Of a DNA stretch of 64,000 nt, positions 25,835 to 36,473 are shown in pieces; the stretch's first letter is position 1; the number at the start of each line of letters is the position of its first letter. A program made the translations under genes and the position numbers. Location of the stretch: positions 1,196,943 to 1,260,942 of the forward strand of contig JAHPZA010000006.1 in NCBI GenBank assembly GCA_019058445.1, read 5' to 3'. Origin of the DNA: Promethearchaeota archaeon. Lineage in GTDB: Archaea; Asgardarchaeota; Lokiarchaeia; Sigyniarchaeales; SOKP01. A model generated the notes under the pieces. It saw only the letters and a program-made list of their open reading frames with translations, had not been told where the DNA came from and searched no databases.

Positions 25835-27571
25835 TTATTTTCCAAATAATCCTTTTTGCTTCTTATACAATCCAAGGAATTTTCCAGCAGAAGGTGATTC
25901 AAAAGCAATACTAACATCTATTACAGCAGGTTTCTTTGATTCTATTGCTCGCGCTATAGCAGCTTCAATCTCCTCTGGTTTATCAATTTTTTCGCCATAA
26001 CACCCAAATCCTTTTGCTATTTCCGCATAATTAATTTCAGGTAAGTCAACATCACAGTACCTTTTCTGATAATTATTTTTTTGATTCGTTTTAAGCATTC
26101 CCCATGCACAATTATTCGCAATTAATACGATGATAGGTAAATTAAGTCTTACTGCAGTGTCTAATTCATGGACATTAAAGAGAAAGCTTCCATCTCCTGA
26201 AATACACACCGCAAGTTTGTCGAGTTTTGCTAATTTCGCAGCAATAGCATAACACACTCCAACGCCTAAATGCCCCATTCCTATTGAAGTGAATGTACTC
26301 CTTGGATATCTAAGAAAATTGGAAATTAGACCATATGTAAAAACGGCGATATCACCTCCATCAACAACTAATTGTGAATCTGCTGGTATGGCCCTTAGAA
26401 CTTCTATGACAAATCTTTCTGGTTTCATTGGAGTTTTGTCAGATGCTAAAAGCTTCTCAATAGTTGCTTTATCGTTTTTGCGAACATCTTGTAAATAATC
26501 ATTCCACGTGGACCATTCAGTCACTTTTTCTTTAGGAAGTTTTTCTTCCATTACTGCTAATAATTGGTTAATTACTGCTTTAACATCAGCAACTATACCA
26601 ATTTCTACAGGTCTATTTTTTCCAATTTCATTTGGATCAATGTCTACTTGAATTATTTTTTGATTTTGATTCCAGAGAGGAGCTGTCCCATATAAGGTAG
26701 TATAATCCCATCTGCATCCTAAAGATAATACAACATCAGCCTCAGAAGCTGCTCTGCGAAATGTGTTTGCTAAAGGATATGATCCCGCATAAGTTTTTTG
26801 ATTAAGACTAATTGCTCCAATGCCCATGATTGTAGTTAACCCAGGGATTTTATATGTCTCTGACAATTTAATTAAGTCTTCAGAAGCTTCAGAGCTATTA
26901 GTACCTCCTCCCGCAATTATTATTGGTTTATTAGCTACTTTTAGAAGCTCTAATGCTGCATCAATTAAGTTAGGGTCTCCACTCGATTTTTTCAGAGCCC
27001 TATATTTTTCAGGATCAATAATATTTTGCACATCCTCATCACTAGCTTTTCTTACTAAGGCAGTTTCTCTCAATTCTAGAAAAACAGGACCTCTTCTACC
27101 TGACATAGCGGTTTTTATACATCTTTGAACTGCTTTTGGGATTTCATATGGATCCTCTACGGATATTTGTAATTTAGTTATTGGTTCCATCAATTTCATT
27201 TGATCTAAACCACCTTGCAATATTCCTGTATTATCAAACATTCTTGCTATTTGTGCACCAATAATCAACACAGGAATTGAATCTGCGTAAGCAGCAGCGA
27301 CAGCAGGAATTAAGTGTGACACTCCTGGGCCAGCCGTACCAAGACATACTCCTAATTCTCCTGTTGCTCTAGCCCAAGCATCTGCCATGTGTCCACCTGC
27401 TTGTTCGTGTCGTACCATCACGGTGTCAATTCCTTCTTCGCGCCCCCATCGTTCAATAGCATCATAAATTCGAGTTAGTTCCCCACCTATAAGGCCAAAG
27501 ATTTTGGTAACTCCTTCTTTTAAGAGGCACTTGACAAGTAAATCTCCACCATCTAAATCTTGTTTAGCCAT
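25835..27571 (-). CDS. ThDP-dependent enzyme (acetolactate synthase / 2-hydroxyacyl-CoA lyase-like)
   Basis: RHEQAG, GPG, GDGSFLF...NN ThDP motif. Confidence 0.88.
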   Translation of the reverse strand: MAKQDLDGGDLLVKCLLKEGVTKIFGLIGGELTRIYDAIERWGREEGIDTVMVRHEQAGGHMADAWARATGELGVCLGTAGPGVSHLIPAVAAAYADSIPVLIIGAQIARMFDNTGILQGGLDQMKLMEPITKLQISVEDPYEIPKAVQRCIKTAMSGRRGPVFLELRETALVRKASDEDVQNIIDPEKYRALKKSSGDPNLIDAALELLKVANKPIIIAGGGTNSSEASEDLIKLSETYKIPGLTTIMGIGAISLNQKTYAGSYPLANTFRRAASEADVVLSLGCRWDYTTLYGTAPLWNQNQKIIQVDIDPNEIGKNRPVEIGIVADVKAVINQLLAVMEEKLPKEKVTEWSTWNDYLQDVRKNDKATIEKLLASDKTPMKPERFVIEVLRAIPADSQLVVDGGDIAVFTYGLISNFLRYPRSTFTSIGMGHLGVGVCYAIAAKLAKLDKLAVCISGDGSFLFNVHELDTAVRLNLPIIVLIANNCAWGMLKTNQKNNYQKRYCDVDLPEINYAEIAKGFGCYGEKIDKPEEIEAAIARAIESKKPAVIDVSIAFESPSAGKFLGLYKKQKGLFGK

Positions 27572-27651
27572 ATTAAACAATTATTCTATATTAAAAATAA
27601 ACTTTTTTAACGGTAGATTTTCCAGAAATAGGAAATAAAATTGGATTGCTG

Positions 27652-28095
27652 TTAAAAGGCAATTAATTCGAGATAAAATCCAAGTACCTCTTTAGTATCC
27701 AAATAAAAAAAGTGAACCTTCCCGGCTTTTCCAGTTTGAGCGACATCTATATCGTAATTGTTCTTAAAATATTGTATTAATTTTGGAGCCTCTTTGGTAT
27801 ATATCCCCAAGTGGTGGAGTCCGACTCGACCTTCATCTATAAATTCTTTGTATAAATGATTTCCTGTTGATTCGATTACTTCAACGATTTCAAATTGCTT
27901 GCCGCCAAAATTTTGCATGATTTTTTTCATTTTAAAAGTTACTTCGTTTCCCTCATATAAAACTGTTGAGCTCTGTTCTACAATGTTTGGTTTTGATTTA
28001 AAATCTAGGAGGCCGCCATAGAATTTCGCAGCATTCTCAATATCTCTTACCACAATGCCAATTTGGTCGAACTTTTCAATCTTTAATGAACTAAT
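27652..28095 (-). CDS. VOC-family protein (methylmalonyl-CoA epimerase-like); probable ATT start
   Basis: FDQIGIVVRD first motif lies upstream of the ORF-track GTG; GLHHLG, YLDT....G..LELI; AGGTGA-N6-ATT at 28095. Confidence 0.8.
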   Translation of the reverse strand: MSSLKIEKFDQIGIVVRDIENAAKFYGGLLDFKSKPNIVEQSSTVLYEGNEVTFKMKKIMQNFGGKQFEIVEVIESTGNHLYKEFIDEGRVGLHHLGIYTKEAPKLIQYFKNNYDIDVAQTGKAGKVHFFYLDTKEVLGFYLELIAF

Positions 28096-28120
28096 TTCAT
28101 ATCACCTTTCTAATCTCTTA

Positions 28121-29410
28121 TTAAAAAACCTGAGGATAAAATTCAAGTTTATCAGTTGGTTCTTTTATGATGAATTCACCATCAAGGATCATATGTTTAA
28201 GTTGAGTTGCTAAATTAATAGCACCAAATCTATCTGATTGTCTTAATACAACTGGAATATTCTTATCATCATAACGGATAGTTTTCAAATCTCCCTTAAA
28301 GGCATTCTTAGGACAAACCACTACACAACTGCCACAATTAAAACATCTTGTTCTATCTATACCAGTTTTTAAATTAAATGCATTAGTTGGACACATAGCA
28401 TCTACTGGGCAATCATCACAATCAATACACTTTTTAGGATCAAATGTTATAAGAAAATTGTTATCCCAGACATCTTGATAGGTACCTTCAGCTAACTTAT
28501 TCCTTCCGACAACATTTAAAATAACTAAGGGAACTTGATGATCAGATTTTATAATATTATTCCACACATTTTCGTTTAAAATTGGGATAGGTGCTGCGAT
28601 ACTACAGATGTTTTCTAAACCATAAGATGTACGAAAGGCACCCATATATTCTGGTTTCATCCCTTTAAAATCTGCGATTGTTTGCATATTTGGTTTTAAA
28701 CGGTCATTTCGAGTGCCTGGGCCAAAAATATAACCAATAGTACCATTGACTAAAATTTTCGTACCGACTCCAAACACATCTGCATTAGGATCATTCTGAA
28801 AAGGATTCATTGCACCGCATCCAGAAAAAGTTGCGTGGTTGCAATTTCCTTCTAATGGAAGTACTGAAAATATAGTATTAACACTTTCTGTACTAGGATT
28901 TATCATAGCGAAATAATTTTTTATTGCTTGACGTGTACCCATCATACGTGCAAATTGCATATCATCTAAAGTCATCTCTTTTTCTATTAAATCACCTTCC
29001 TCACTTTTACCAGAAACATTTATCGTTTTGCCTTCCACAAGGTCTCTAAATAAGATGCCACCAGAATAATTTTCTTTTGTTTTACTATGAGCAGTTCCAT
29101 AAAGTATAATATCAACGATTCCTAAAAACTCATTAGGACAAGGTCCCGGAAATGCTGCAATTCCGTTGAGAGAGACTTCTGTAAATTTCCGAACCGTTTT
29201 TGGAGGAGATAATCTAAAGGAGAATAATCCAGCAATTCCACTCATTAAAGCCTTGGTAGCCGTAGTTACCACGTCAACATCTTCAAACTGGATTTTTTCT
29301 CCATCAGCTATTTTATCTATAAGCTCTTGGACAGTATAAATTTTTGCTGAGCCTTTTTGAATTTTTGAGTTTATTTCCGCGAGAGTTCTTTTCTTAGCCA
29401 CAAGAGACAC
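28121..29410 (-). CDS. DUF39/homocysteine-biosynthesis-family protein with C-terminal 2x[4Fe-4S] domain (methanogenesis marker 16-like)
   Basis: RTLAEINSKI, VDVVTTAT..LMSG, GPCPNE, NPFQNDP, CxxCxxC..CP and CxxCxxCxxxCP, RQSDR. Confidence 0.8.
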   Translation of the reverse strand: MSLVAKKRTLAEINSKIQKGSAKIYTVQELIDKIADGEKIQFEDVDVVTTATKALMSGIAGLFSFRLSPPKTVRKFTEVSLNGIAAFPGPCPNEFLGIVDIILYGTAHSKTKENYSGGILFRDLVEGKTINVSGKSEEGDLIEKEMTLDDMQFARMMGTRQAIKNYFAMINPSTESVNTIFSVLPLEGNCNHATFSGCGAMNPFQNDPNADVFGVGTKILVNGTIGYIFGPGTRNDRLKPNMQTIADFKGMKPEYMGAFRTSYGLENICSIAAPIPILNENVWNNIIKSDHQVPLVILNVVGRNKLAEGTYQDVWDNNFLITFDPKKCIDCDDCPVDAMCPTNAFNLKTGIDRTRCFNCGSCVVVCPKNAFKGDLKTIRYDDKNIPVVLRQSDRFGAINLATQLKHMILDGEFIIKEPTDKLEFYPQVF

Positions 29411-29511
29411 TTAAAATTTCCAAAATTATATCCAATTTAATATTTAATTATAATAAAACTTTTTTATTATATTCTTAATTAGAAATCTTAGAGTTACTGA
29501 TTAATATATAT

Positions 29512-30261
29512 ATGAATCCTAATTGGTTTTTTTCATTGTCATATTTCGAATCAAGGTTAAGAGTAAATTTTAATGATTTTAATGAAATTAAAGAAAAATT
29601 AGAGTTTTATGAGAAACTTGGTATAAAGAATCTCATTTTAGAACCTAAAGACAAAGTTCAAACTATTTCTATAGAGCTAAAAGAGTTTATCAAGAGCTTT
29701 ACAAAAATGGATATATATTATAGATTCACCTTAAGACCAGAGAATTTACAAGATTTTAAAAAAAAAATTAAAAAATTTTATAATCGTCCAGGAATATTAT
29801 CAGTCGAAACTTCAAATAAAGAGATACAAATTCATGCGGCGAGAGATTCTCGAATAGACCTTATTTCATTTTCTTCTCCCGAAATAATTAAAACTCTTAC
29901 TAATGGAGTAATTTCTTTAATTAAACAAAAGAATTCTTTTATAGAATTTTCTCTATCCTCCATCATGGTAAAAAATAGGGCAATACAATCAAAAAACTTT
30001 AGAAACTTATATCGATTTATACATAAAGTTAGAAAATTTAAAGCAAATTACATTCTCACTGGAGATTTTAATGAATTATTTGATATTAGACCCCCAAGAG
30101 CATTAATAAGTATATGTAATACCCTATTAGATATTCCTATAGCAGAATTAAAACGTGTTTTTAAAGAAAATCCTATAATTTTATTAATACGATCTGAAAA
30201 AAAACAAGATAAAACAATTTTAGGAAATGGAGTTAGATTAATTGGAAATGGTGATTTGTAA
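29512..30261 (+). CDS. rnp3: RNase P protein subunit Rpp30
   Basis: AARDSRIDLI, DIRPPRALIS motifs; adjacent to Pop5. Confidence 0.75.
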   Translation: MNPNWFFSLSYFESRLRVNFNDFNEIKEKLEFYEKLGIKNLILEPKDKVQTISIELKEFIKSFTKMDIYYRFTLRPENLQDFKKKIKKFYNRPGILSVETSNKEIQIHAARDSRIDLISFSSPEIIKTLTNGVISLIKQKNSFIEFSLSSIMVKNRAIQSKNFRNLYRFIHKVRKFKANYILTGDFNELFDIRPPRALISICNTLLDIPIAELKRVFKENPIILLIRSEKKQDKTILGNGVRLIGNGDL

Positions 30262-30590
30262 TGGTTAAACTAGAAAGACAGAGGTATATACTTTTCCAAA
30301 TATTGAAAGAGGAGGATTTTCAAATTAGTCAACAAGAAATATTAAAGTCGATTTGGCAATCGATTTGGAGGTATTTTGGCATGAAAGAAGCTAATAAAAC
30401 GGGATTATGGTTATTAGAATTAAGTAAAGAATATGGAATAATTCGATGTTCAAATAGTACAAAGGAAATAGTTTTAACGGCGTTAGTACTAATAAAGGAA
30501 TTAAAAGGTAAAAAAATAATTTTCTCACCAGTAAAGACTTCTGGCACCATAAAAGCGATTATAAAAATGAAAAAGATAATAGATAAATAG
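30261..30590 (+). CDS. rnp2: RNase P protein subunit Pop5/Rpp14
   Basis: ERQRYILF, FG, GIIRC, TSGTIK. Confidence 0.88.
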   Translation: MVKLERQRYILFQILKEEDFQISQQEILKSIWQSIWRYFGMKEANKTGLWLLELSKEYGIIRCSNSTKEIVLTALVLIKELKGKKIIFSPVKTSGTIKAIIKMKKIIDK

Positions 30591-30603
30591 CATTTATATT
30601 GGA

Positions 30604-31038
30604 ATGAAAAATCAACATAAAACTAAGGCATTTATTCAGCGTAGAGTAGATATTAATGGCTCAGTTAAAGATCTAAATATATCTCTCCCTGCTACTATTG
30701 GATTAAGAGAAAATCCATTTTTATTAATAATCCAGTCCACGAGTAAAGAGTGCACAAGGTTGACAATATACCCCATCTCAAGGCAAAAGATAATAAGACT
30801 AAGTTTATACGGGTCGAATATTTCTGAAGAGGTGATTAATAGGCTCTCCAAAATTTTAAAAAAATATGAGATTATACATAACAGTGGGTTTTTAGTAAAA
30901 CAAAAGCAGTTTTACTATGAATGCTATTTTAATCTAAGCTTATCCGATGTGAAATCTAAAGATTTAAAAACCTCTTTAGATAAAATTAAAAATATATTCA
31001 AAGAAATTAAAATTGAAGAAGTTAGTCTTAATAATTAG
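30604..31038 (+). CDS. hypothetical protein (possible C-terminal ACT-like fold)
   Basis: 144-aa ORF in operon; IIHNSG...YYECY pattern. Confidence 0.55.
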   Translation: MKNQHKTKAFIQRRVDINGSVKDLNISLPATIGLRENPFLLIIQSTSKECTRLTIYPISRQKIIRLSLYGSNISEEVINRLSKILKKYEIIHNSGFLVKQKQFYYECYFNLSLSDVKSKDLKTSLDKIKNIFKEIKIEEVSLNN

Positions 31039-31053
31039 TAAAAAAGAGAAAAT

Positions 31054-31503
31054 ATGAATCCCTGGAAGGTATTCTTAAAATTTGACAATTTAGATTCCGA
31101 AAAAGAATTGAAATTATTTGATGCGAAATCCTATTTCGGTGGATATCTAAAAATCAAAAGGAGTTATTTTAATAAGTTGACAAAAGTTATTAATATGACT
31201 AAGAGATATTCTACAAAAAATGCAATCGAGAAAGTAATCGGTCCGGATGAGAGTGATTGGACATTAAATCCATGGATGCTCATTCTTATAAAAGATAATG
31301 AAAAAGGAAAAAAATTTTGGTTATTTATCAAAAGAGAAAAAGATTTATCGGGGCACCTTATTGCGATTGGACCAAAACCATTCGTGGATTATAATGAAGT
31401 CAATACAGAAGCTAAACGAGAAATAAAACAATTAATAACCTATATTATTGCTTATTTAAATAAGTTTCAAGTAATCATTTTGCTTCCTAACTTTCTTTCA
31501 TAG
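31054..31503 (+). CDS. hypothetical protein
   Basis: 149-aa ORF co-oriented with upstream operon. Confidence 0.65.
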   Translation: MNPWKVFLKFDNLDSEKELKLFDAKSYFGGYLKIKRSYFNKLTKVINMTKRYSTKNAIEKVIGPDESDWTLNPWMLILIKDNEKGKKFWLFIKREKDLSGHLIAIGPKPFVDYNEVNTEAKREIKQLITYIIAYLNKFQVIILLPNFLS

Positions 31504-31817
31504 GAGTTTTTTTGAAAAAATCCTCTCCTTTTAGATATTAAATTAAATCAAAAGAAGATTTAATATTTACTTTATAAATAATTTAAAAATATCTAATATT
31601 TGAAATAACAAAACTCGAATAAGTTTAAGGAGCGCTAGCAAAATAAACATAGTTTTAATAACGAAGTTAGCACTCTCAAGTATAATTTTAGATTCCTTTA
31701 AATCCCTATATTATCCAGTTATACATTGGGAAACTTAATAAAAAAAATAAAATTATCATTTCTAAAGTGAAGTATATTGTCAAATAGAAATTTGTAAAAT
31801 AATATGGTTTTATAATC

Positions 31818-32639
31818 GTGAAAAAGTGTACCTTTAATCTTTTGATAGTTATGTACATCGCTTATATTTTATTATCTAGCAGTTTTCTAATTATAAATGG
31901 AACTGCCGCAGTTGAAGATTTTGAACCTAAATTCGGATATGCGCCTGATATTGATGGCGATATTGAAAGATCAAATAAAGAATGGGAAAATGCTTCAAAA
32001 GAGGAGATAAGCTTAAAGTCCACTACTAATCCAAACGATAAAGGAATCTTTACTGATATATGGGTTATGCAAAACGAATCAGATTTATATATTTCTATCC
32101 AATTTGAGTTAGAAACTCATGCCCCACGGGAGTTTATAGCGATTATAATCTCAAAAAGTGATTCTGAGAGTAATGCATCGTTTTATGATGCAAAAATTGT
32201 TCAATTTTATGATCTAGGGGGTTCTGCTGAGGAATATAGGTATAGAGATTTTCACATAAGCAATGGAGTGTTTATTAGAGATGAGGAGGATAATGGAGAT
32301 GGTGCAGCAGATCTGCATGGAAATAAAATGATCTATGAATTTAGAATCCCCGTCAATACTTCTGAAGAGGATGATAGAGACGTAGATTTAGAGTTTGGAG
32401 AAGAATACGCGTTCAAGATAGTTTATGGTGAGAATGACGATTATCAAGATATTCTAAATGAAAAGAATAGTATTGTAACAATTGATATCCAATATCCAAA
32501 AAGCGAAGAAATACCATTGTGGAAAAAAATTGTATTTATTTTGGCCATAATTGCATTTAGTGCTATTGGTTTATTATATGGACTTTATATTTATAAAATA
32601 CTAGTTATAAAGAAAAAAGTAGGACGGATAAAAGAGTAA
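31818..32639 (+). CDS. secreted, C-terminally anchored DOMON/CBM9-like protein
   Basis: Signal peptide, APDIDG...EW, YEFRIP, C-terminal TM plus basic tail. Confidence 0.65.
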   Translation: MKKCTFNLLIVMYIAYILLSSSFLIINGTAAVEDFEPKFGYAPDIDGDIERSNKEWENASKEEISLKSTTNPNDKGIFTDIWVMQNESDLYISIQFELETHAPREFIAIIISKSDSESNASFYDAKIVQFYDLGGSAEEYRYRDFHISNGVFIRDEEDNGDGAADLHGNKMIYEFRIPVNTSEEDDRDVDLEFGEEYAFKIVYGENDDYQDILNEKNSIVTIDIQYPKSEEIPLWKKIVFILAIIAFSAIGLLYGLYIYKILVIKKKVGRIKE

Positions 32640-33061
32640 TGTCAAAAATTAGAAAGAAGCCAAAAAAAACTTCGAAATTAAAAAGGATTACTGAAAGTGA
32701 TGAAAAAGTAATAATGAAATCTTTAAGGAAATCGGCTATACTAGCGGGAATATTTATAACTATGTCTCTTTTATTTAACACAGAAATAATTACATATTTT
32801 ATGAACCGTGGAATTTATTGGGATATTGTAGATGTATCAATTAAAGTAAGTCTTATACTTTTAAGCTTTCTTTTTATGATGATTAGTATTGGAAATTATA
32901 AAGAATTAACCGGAAAACCCGTAGGACTAAAAGAAATTGTATTATTGACGGGTCTTTCACTGGTACAAACTATGAAAAATCTTTATGTGTTTATTTTTAC
33001 ACTCATCAGTCTTCTTTTATTATTAGTATACTTATATTTAATTCAAGAGAGTAAAATTTAA
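32639..33061 (+). CDS. hypothetical membrane protein
   Basis: 3-4 hydrophobic helices. Confidence 0.65.
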   Translation: MSKIRKKPKKTSKLKRITESDEKVIMKSLRKSAILAGIFITMSLLFNTEIITYFMNRGIYWDIVDVSIKVSLILLSFLFMMISIGNYKELTGKPVGLKEIVLLTGLSLVQTMKNLYVFIFTLISLLLLLVYLYLIQESKI

Positions 33062-33095
33062 CATAATATTTTTCTTAGTTATATCCGTTGTTAAA

Positions 33096-33836
33096 ATGAA
33101 TCGAAATTTCATAAGTATAGGTCATAGAGGAACTAGAATCATAGATGAAAATACAATATATGCATTTACTAAAGCTATGCAATATGGAGCTGAATATATT
33201 GAGTTTGATATTCGAAAGACAAAAGATAATCAATTAATTGTTATCCATGACGCGTCTCTTGAAAGAACTACAATGGGATCGGGATTAATCAAAAACCTTA
33301 CATATAATGAAATTAGTAGATATGAGACAAAAAAAAATAATGAGAAGATTCCGCTTTTTTCAGAGGTATTAGATACTTTTAAGGGCAAAATTAAATTTAT
33401 GATTGAACTAAAGGCAGAAAATATCAGAAACCAAATATTGGATATAATAATTGATAAAGGATTATTTAATAATTGTATATTTAGTGGAAGACGTTTGAAC
33501 GATATTGTTTTAATTAAAAAAGAATATCCCGAGACTAAAATCTGTTATAATATCACTAAAGGGATAGGATTATCATTATCAGAATTATTAACATTTGAGA
33601 ATCACGCAATAATTAATTATAATTTTGATATGGTAAGTCTAAGATCAAATTTAGTAAGTTCAAAATTTATTGAAATCTGCCATAAAAATAAAATATTGAC
33701 CTTATCTTGGGATTTTATTAATTATTCAAATCCATTGGAAAAAATAAAAGAATTAATTAAAAATGGAATTGATGGGATTTTATTTGATAATTACCAAAAT
33801 ATCCCTCTTATTAAGGACTGGTTACGAAAAATTTAA
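33096..33836 (+). CDS. glycerophosphodiester phosphodiesterase
   Basis: GHRG...EN T, IEFDI..TKD...HD. Confidence 0.9.
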   Translation: MNRNFISIGHRGTRIIDENTIYAFTKAMQYGAEYIEFDIRKTKDNQLIVIHDASLERTTMGSGLIKNLTYNEISRYETKKNNEKIPLFSEVLDTFKGKIKFMIELKAENIRNQILDIIIDKGLFNNCIFSGRRLNDIVLIKKEYPETKICYNITKGIGLSLSELLTFENHAIINYNFDMVSLRSNLVSSKFIEICHKNKILTLSWDFINYSNPLEKIKELIKNGIDGILFDNYQNIPLIKDWLRKI

Positions 33837-35887
33837 GTTTTTGACCTTAGTACTGATTGCCCAGTTGGAAGATTTATAATAATATCATCTAAAGACAATA
33901 AGTTAATATATTTTTTATTTTCCTTTCCAGCATTCTCAATAAAGTATTTTTTAATTTGTTTAGCTAATTTTCCGCTAGTTAATCCCGTTTTAGAGGGTTT
34001 TAGTATGAGATTTTTATCCGTATGAGCTTCAATAGCAGTATTCGGTCCGCTTATTATTTTCGGATAAAAATCTTCCCCATTTTCTTGTCTAGCTCTTTCT
34101 ATTTTTACCAAATCTAAACCTACTGCTAATTCTGTTTTAACATTCCTAATAAAGTTCTTTTTACCTGTAATCATAAAAGATCCTTTAGGTAAAAATTCGC
34201 CTGAAGGGGGGCTTTTGGATACTTGAGATGGATTAACGAAAAACACGTCAACTACCCCCCATGTCTCTTTCCATGCTTTAGAAAAACATGCTGTAAAAAT
34301 CGCAGCTTCTTGAATAGTTGTTTTAGGGATTATCTTATTCTCCTGATTTTTTATAACTGTTAATGGAGAACCCGGAAAAATGGTATGAAAGGCAAGATCA
34401 TTTGATTCTAAGTATTTTTTGAAAACTATCTCGTTAGAAGTCGCATCTCTACCAGCAATTACTAAAAATCCATCAGAAGATTCAAACCATCGAAATTTTT
34501 CATACCATTTTTTTTTCGGTTTTTTAATTAAATAATTGATGTTTAATTCTATTGATTCTTTTTGAGTTGTTAATTGGTCTATTTTAGCTCTTGTCTTTTC
34601 AATTGCAGGTATAGTCCCTTTAATTTTTTTATCTGCTTTTTTTCCTTTAGAATAAATTAAATTAGCGTTTTCTCCTAGACTTTTTTTTAAATCTAAATAA
34701 AGTTCATTATCATTTATGTTTATTAAAAGCTGTTGTGTAGGAGGAATTATTTTATTGAAAAATTTAGAGCCTTCAATCTTATTGAGCTTGGCTTGTTCTA
34801 ATTTCTCATTTATTTGGCTCCATGAATATCCTTTAGATTTTGCAGAAAGGATTACTTCAAGTAAATTTTCTAGAGATTTGAAATGTTCATAGATTAAATC
34901 CCCTTGTTTGTAGTAGTTGTTCTTTTTTACTTTTAATTCCTCTAGATACTCAAGCTGATTTTTTAATATTTTTTCATTTGCCTTAATTTGTTCATTAATT
35001 TGCAAATCTTGAGGAGTAATAATCATTTCTGAATCAAATCTTGAAAAATATTCATCCACTGCTTCATTAAATGAGTTAAAATATCGTTTTTGATATTTTT
35101 GGAAAACATGTAATTCAAAAGGCAGTACTGCTATTTCTTTTTTATCATCAATAACAATATGAGCATTGATATTTCCAAAAAGTAATTGATTTCTCACATT
35201 TTTAAATGATTTAAATAGAATATCAATTTCTGAATTAGCCAGGTTGTTTCCGGGAGAGTCCTTCTTAATACCAGCTCTAAAACAAATTTCTTCACTATAT
35301 AGTCCGGAAATATTTATATTTCTTGCCAGTATTCTTACTATTTCTGAATCAGAATCTCTAATTAATTGTGTAAATTCTTCTTGATTTATTGTTAAAAAAT
35401 CTTCTCCTCTTGATGGTGGAAACTTATATTCTTTACCTGGTAATATATCTCTATCTTTAAATTTTCTATATCTTTTACCTACTTTTAAGATATTTTGATC
35501 ATCTAAAAGAAGAAAATTCCCCTTATTAAAAAGTTCAATAATGAATTTCCAAGATCCCCCATCAATATTACTTAGCTCAATGATAATAATTCTATCTAAA
35601 CTATGTTGAGAAATACTTATGATTCGTCTATTTTTCAGCATTTTCCTTAGAGACATAATGTATTGAGAAGGATAATTTGGAATAGGGTAGTCAAAATCAG
35701 TAAGATTTATCCGCGAATCATTTTTTATAATGAGATTTCTACGACCTTGAGTAGTATTTATTTTTAAGATCAATAAATCTTCAATTTCATATACATTTAA
35801 TATCTTCCCTTGGGATAAATTTGCATCTAATTCCTTAACAATTGTATATACATCAAAGTTTGAAAATGTTTTATATTTCTTTGTCAT
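33833..35887 (-). CDS. rqcH: Rqc2/NEMF (RqcH) ribosome quality control factor
   Basis: NFACT-N (DRII, ELF.KGN), KWYEKFRWF, GRDATSNE, QVSKSPPSGEFLPKGSFMI. Confidence 0.9.
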   Translation of the reverse strand: MTKKYKTFSNFDVYTIVKELDANLSQGKILNVYEIEDLLILKINTTQGRRNLIIKNDSRINLTDFDYPIPNYPSQYIMSLRKMLKNRRIISISQHSLDRIIIIELSNIDGGSWKFIIELFNKGNFLLLDDQNILKVGKRYRKFKDRDILPGKEYKFPPSRGEDFLTINQEEFTQLIRDSDSEIVRILARNINISGLYSEEICFRAGIKKDSPGNNLANSEIDILFKSFKNVRNQLLFGNINAHIVIDDKKEIAVLPFELHVFQKYQKRYFNSFNEAVDEYFSRFDSEMIITPQDLQINEQIKANEKILKNQLEYLEELKVKKNNYYKQGDLIYEHFKSLENLLEVILSAKSKGYSWSQINEKLEQAKLNKIEGSKFFNKIIPPTQQLLININDNELYLDLKKSLGENANLIYSKGKKADKKIKGTIPAIEKTRAKIDQLTTQKESIELNINYLIKKPKKKWYEKFRWFESSDGFLVIAGRDATSNEIVFKKYLESNDLAFHTIFPGSPLTVIKNQENKIIPKTTIQEAAIFTACFSKAWKETWGVVDVFFVNPSQVSKSPPSGEFLPKGSFMITGKKNFIRNVKTELAVGLDLVKIERARQENGEDFYPKIISGPNTAIEAHTDKNLILKPSKTGLTSGKLAKQIKKYFIENAGKENKKYINLLSLDDIIINLPTGQSVLRSKT

Positions 35888-36029
35888 TTCTGCTTTACTC
35901 TATTATTCAAGATATATAGTTTATTAAAATTATAAATATTTCACATTCCTTTGCTATCTGAAAATGTTATTAAGTGTTTTAATTTTATAATATTAATTTT
36001 AATAATAATAATAATTTATAATAATAATT

Positions 36030-36467
36030 ATGGCGTCTAAGAAAAAGCGTGCAAAGAAAAAGGTAGATGTCAGAAAAAAAAGGTCAAAATTGATAAAAGA
36101 AAGACAAAAGGAACGTCCCTCAGAAGATATTCAATTCGAGAAAAAAAGAGCGAAAACTGAAAAAGAAGAAGCTTTAGAGATTAGATTAGCAAAAGAGACA
36201 AAATTATATTGGGTAAGGGCAATAACTGGGGCGTTATGCGGATTTATTGGCGTTCAAATTTTTGGTTTAATAAGTTGGCCTTTATTTATTTGGATGTTAG
36301 CATTTTGGTTTGGGTTTCCTTTTTTTGTTAGTTTTATTATCTTTAGGTATGAATATGATAAAGAAGAGTGGAGCTGGAAGAATATCATAATGCCCGGTAT
36401 TGGAATATATTTCTTCTTATTTATGATTGTTGCAATAATTATGTATACTCTACAAAAAACACCATAA
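36030..36467 (+). CDS. EMC6/Rab5ip-like three-TM membrane protein
   Basis: LYWVRAITGALCGFIG...GL and GIGIYFFLF....MYT pattern. Confidence 0.55.
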   Translation: MASKKKRAKKKVDVRKKRSKLIKERQKERPSEDIQFEKKRAKTEKEEALEIRLAKETKLYWVRAITGALCGFIGVQIFGLISWPLFIWMLAFWFGFPFFVSFIIFRYEYDKEEWSWKNIIMPGIGIYFFLFMIVAIIMYTLQKTP

Positions 36468-36473
36468 ATCTTA

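Noticed and set aside
28098-28100. ATG just after the VOC gene SD
   Set aside because: Out of frame (MKLVH*) and only 1 nt from AGGTGA; a frameshift or sequencing error cannot be fully excluded.
31667-31675. TTAGCACTC, a CIRCE half-site
   Set aside because: No GAGTGCTAA partner 9 nt downstream and no chaperone gene nearby.
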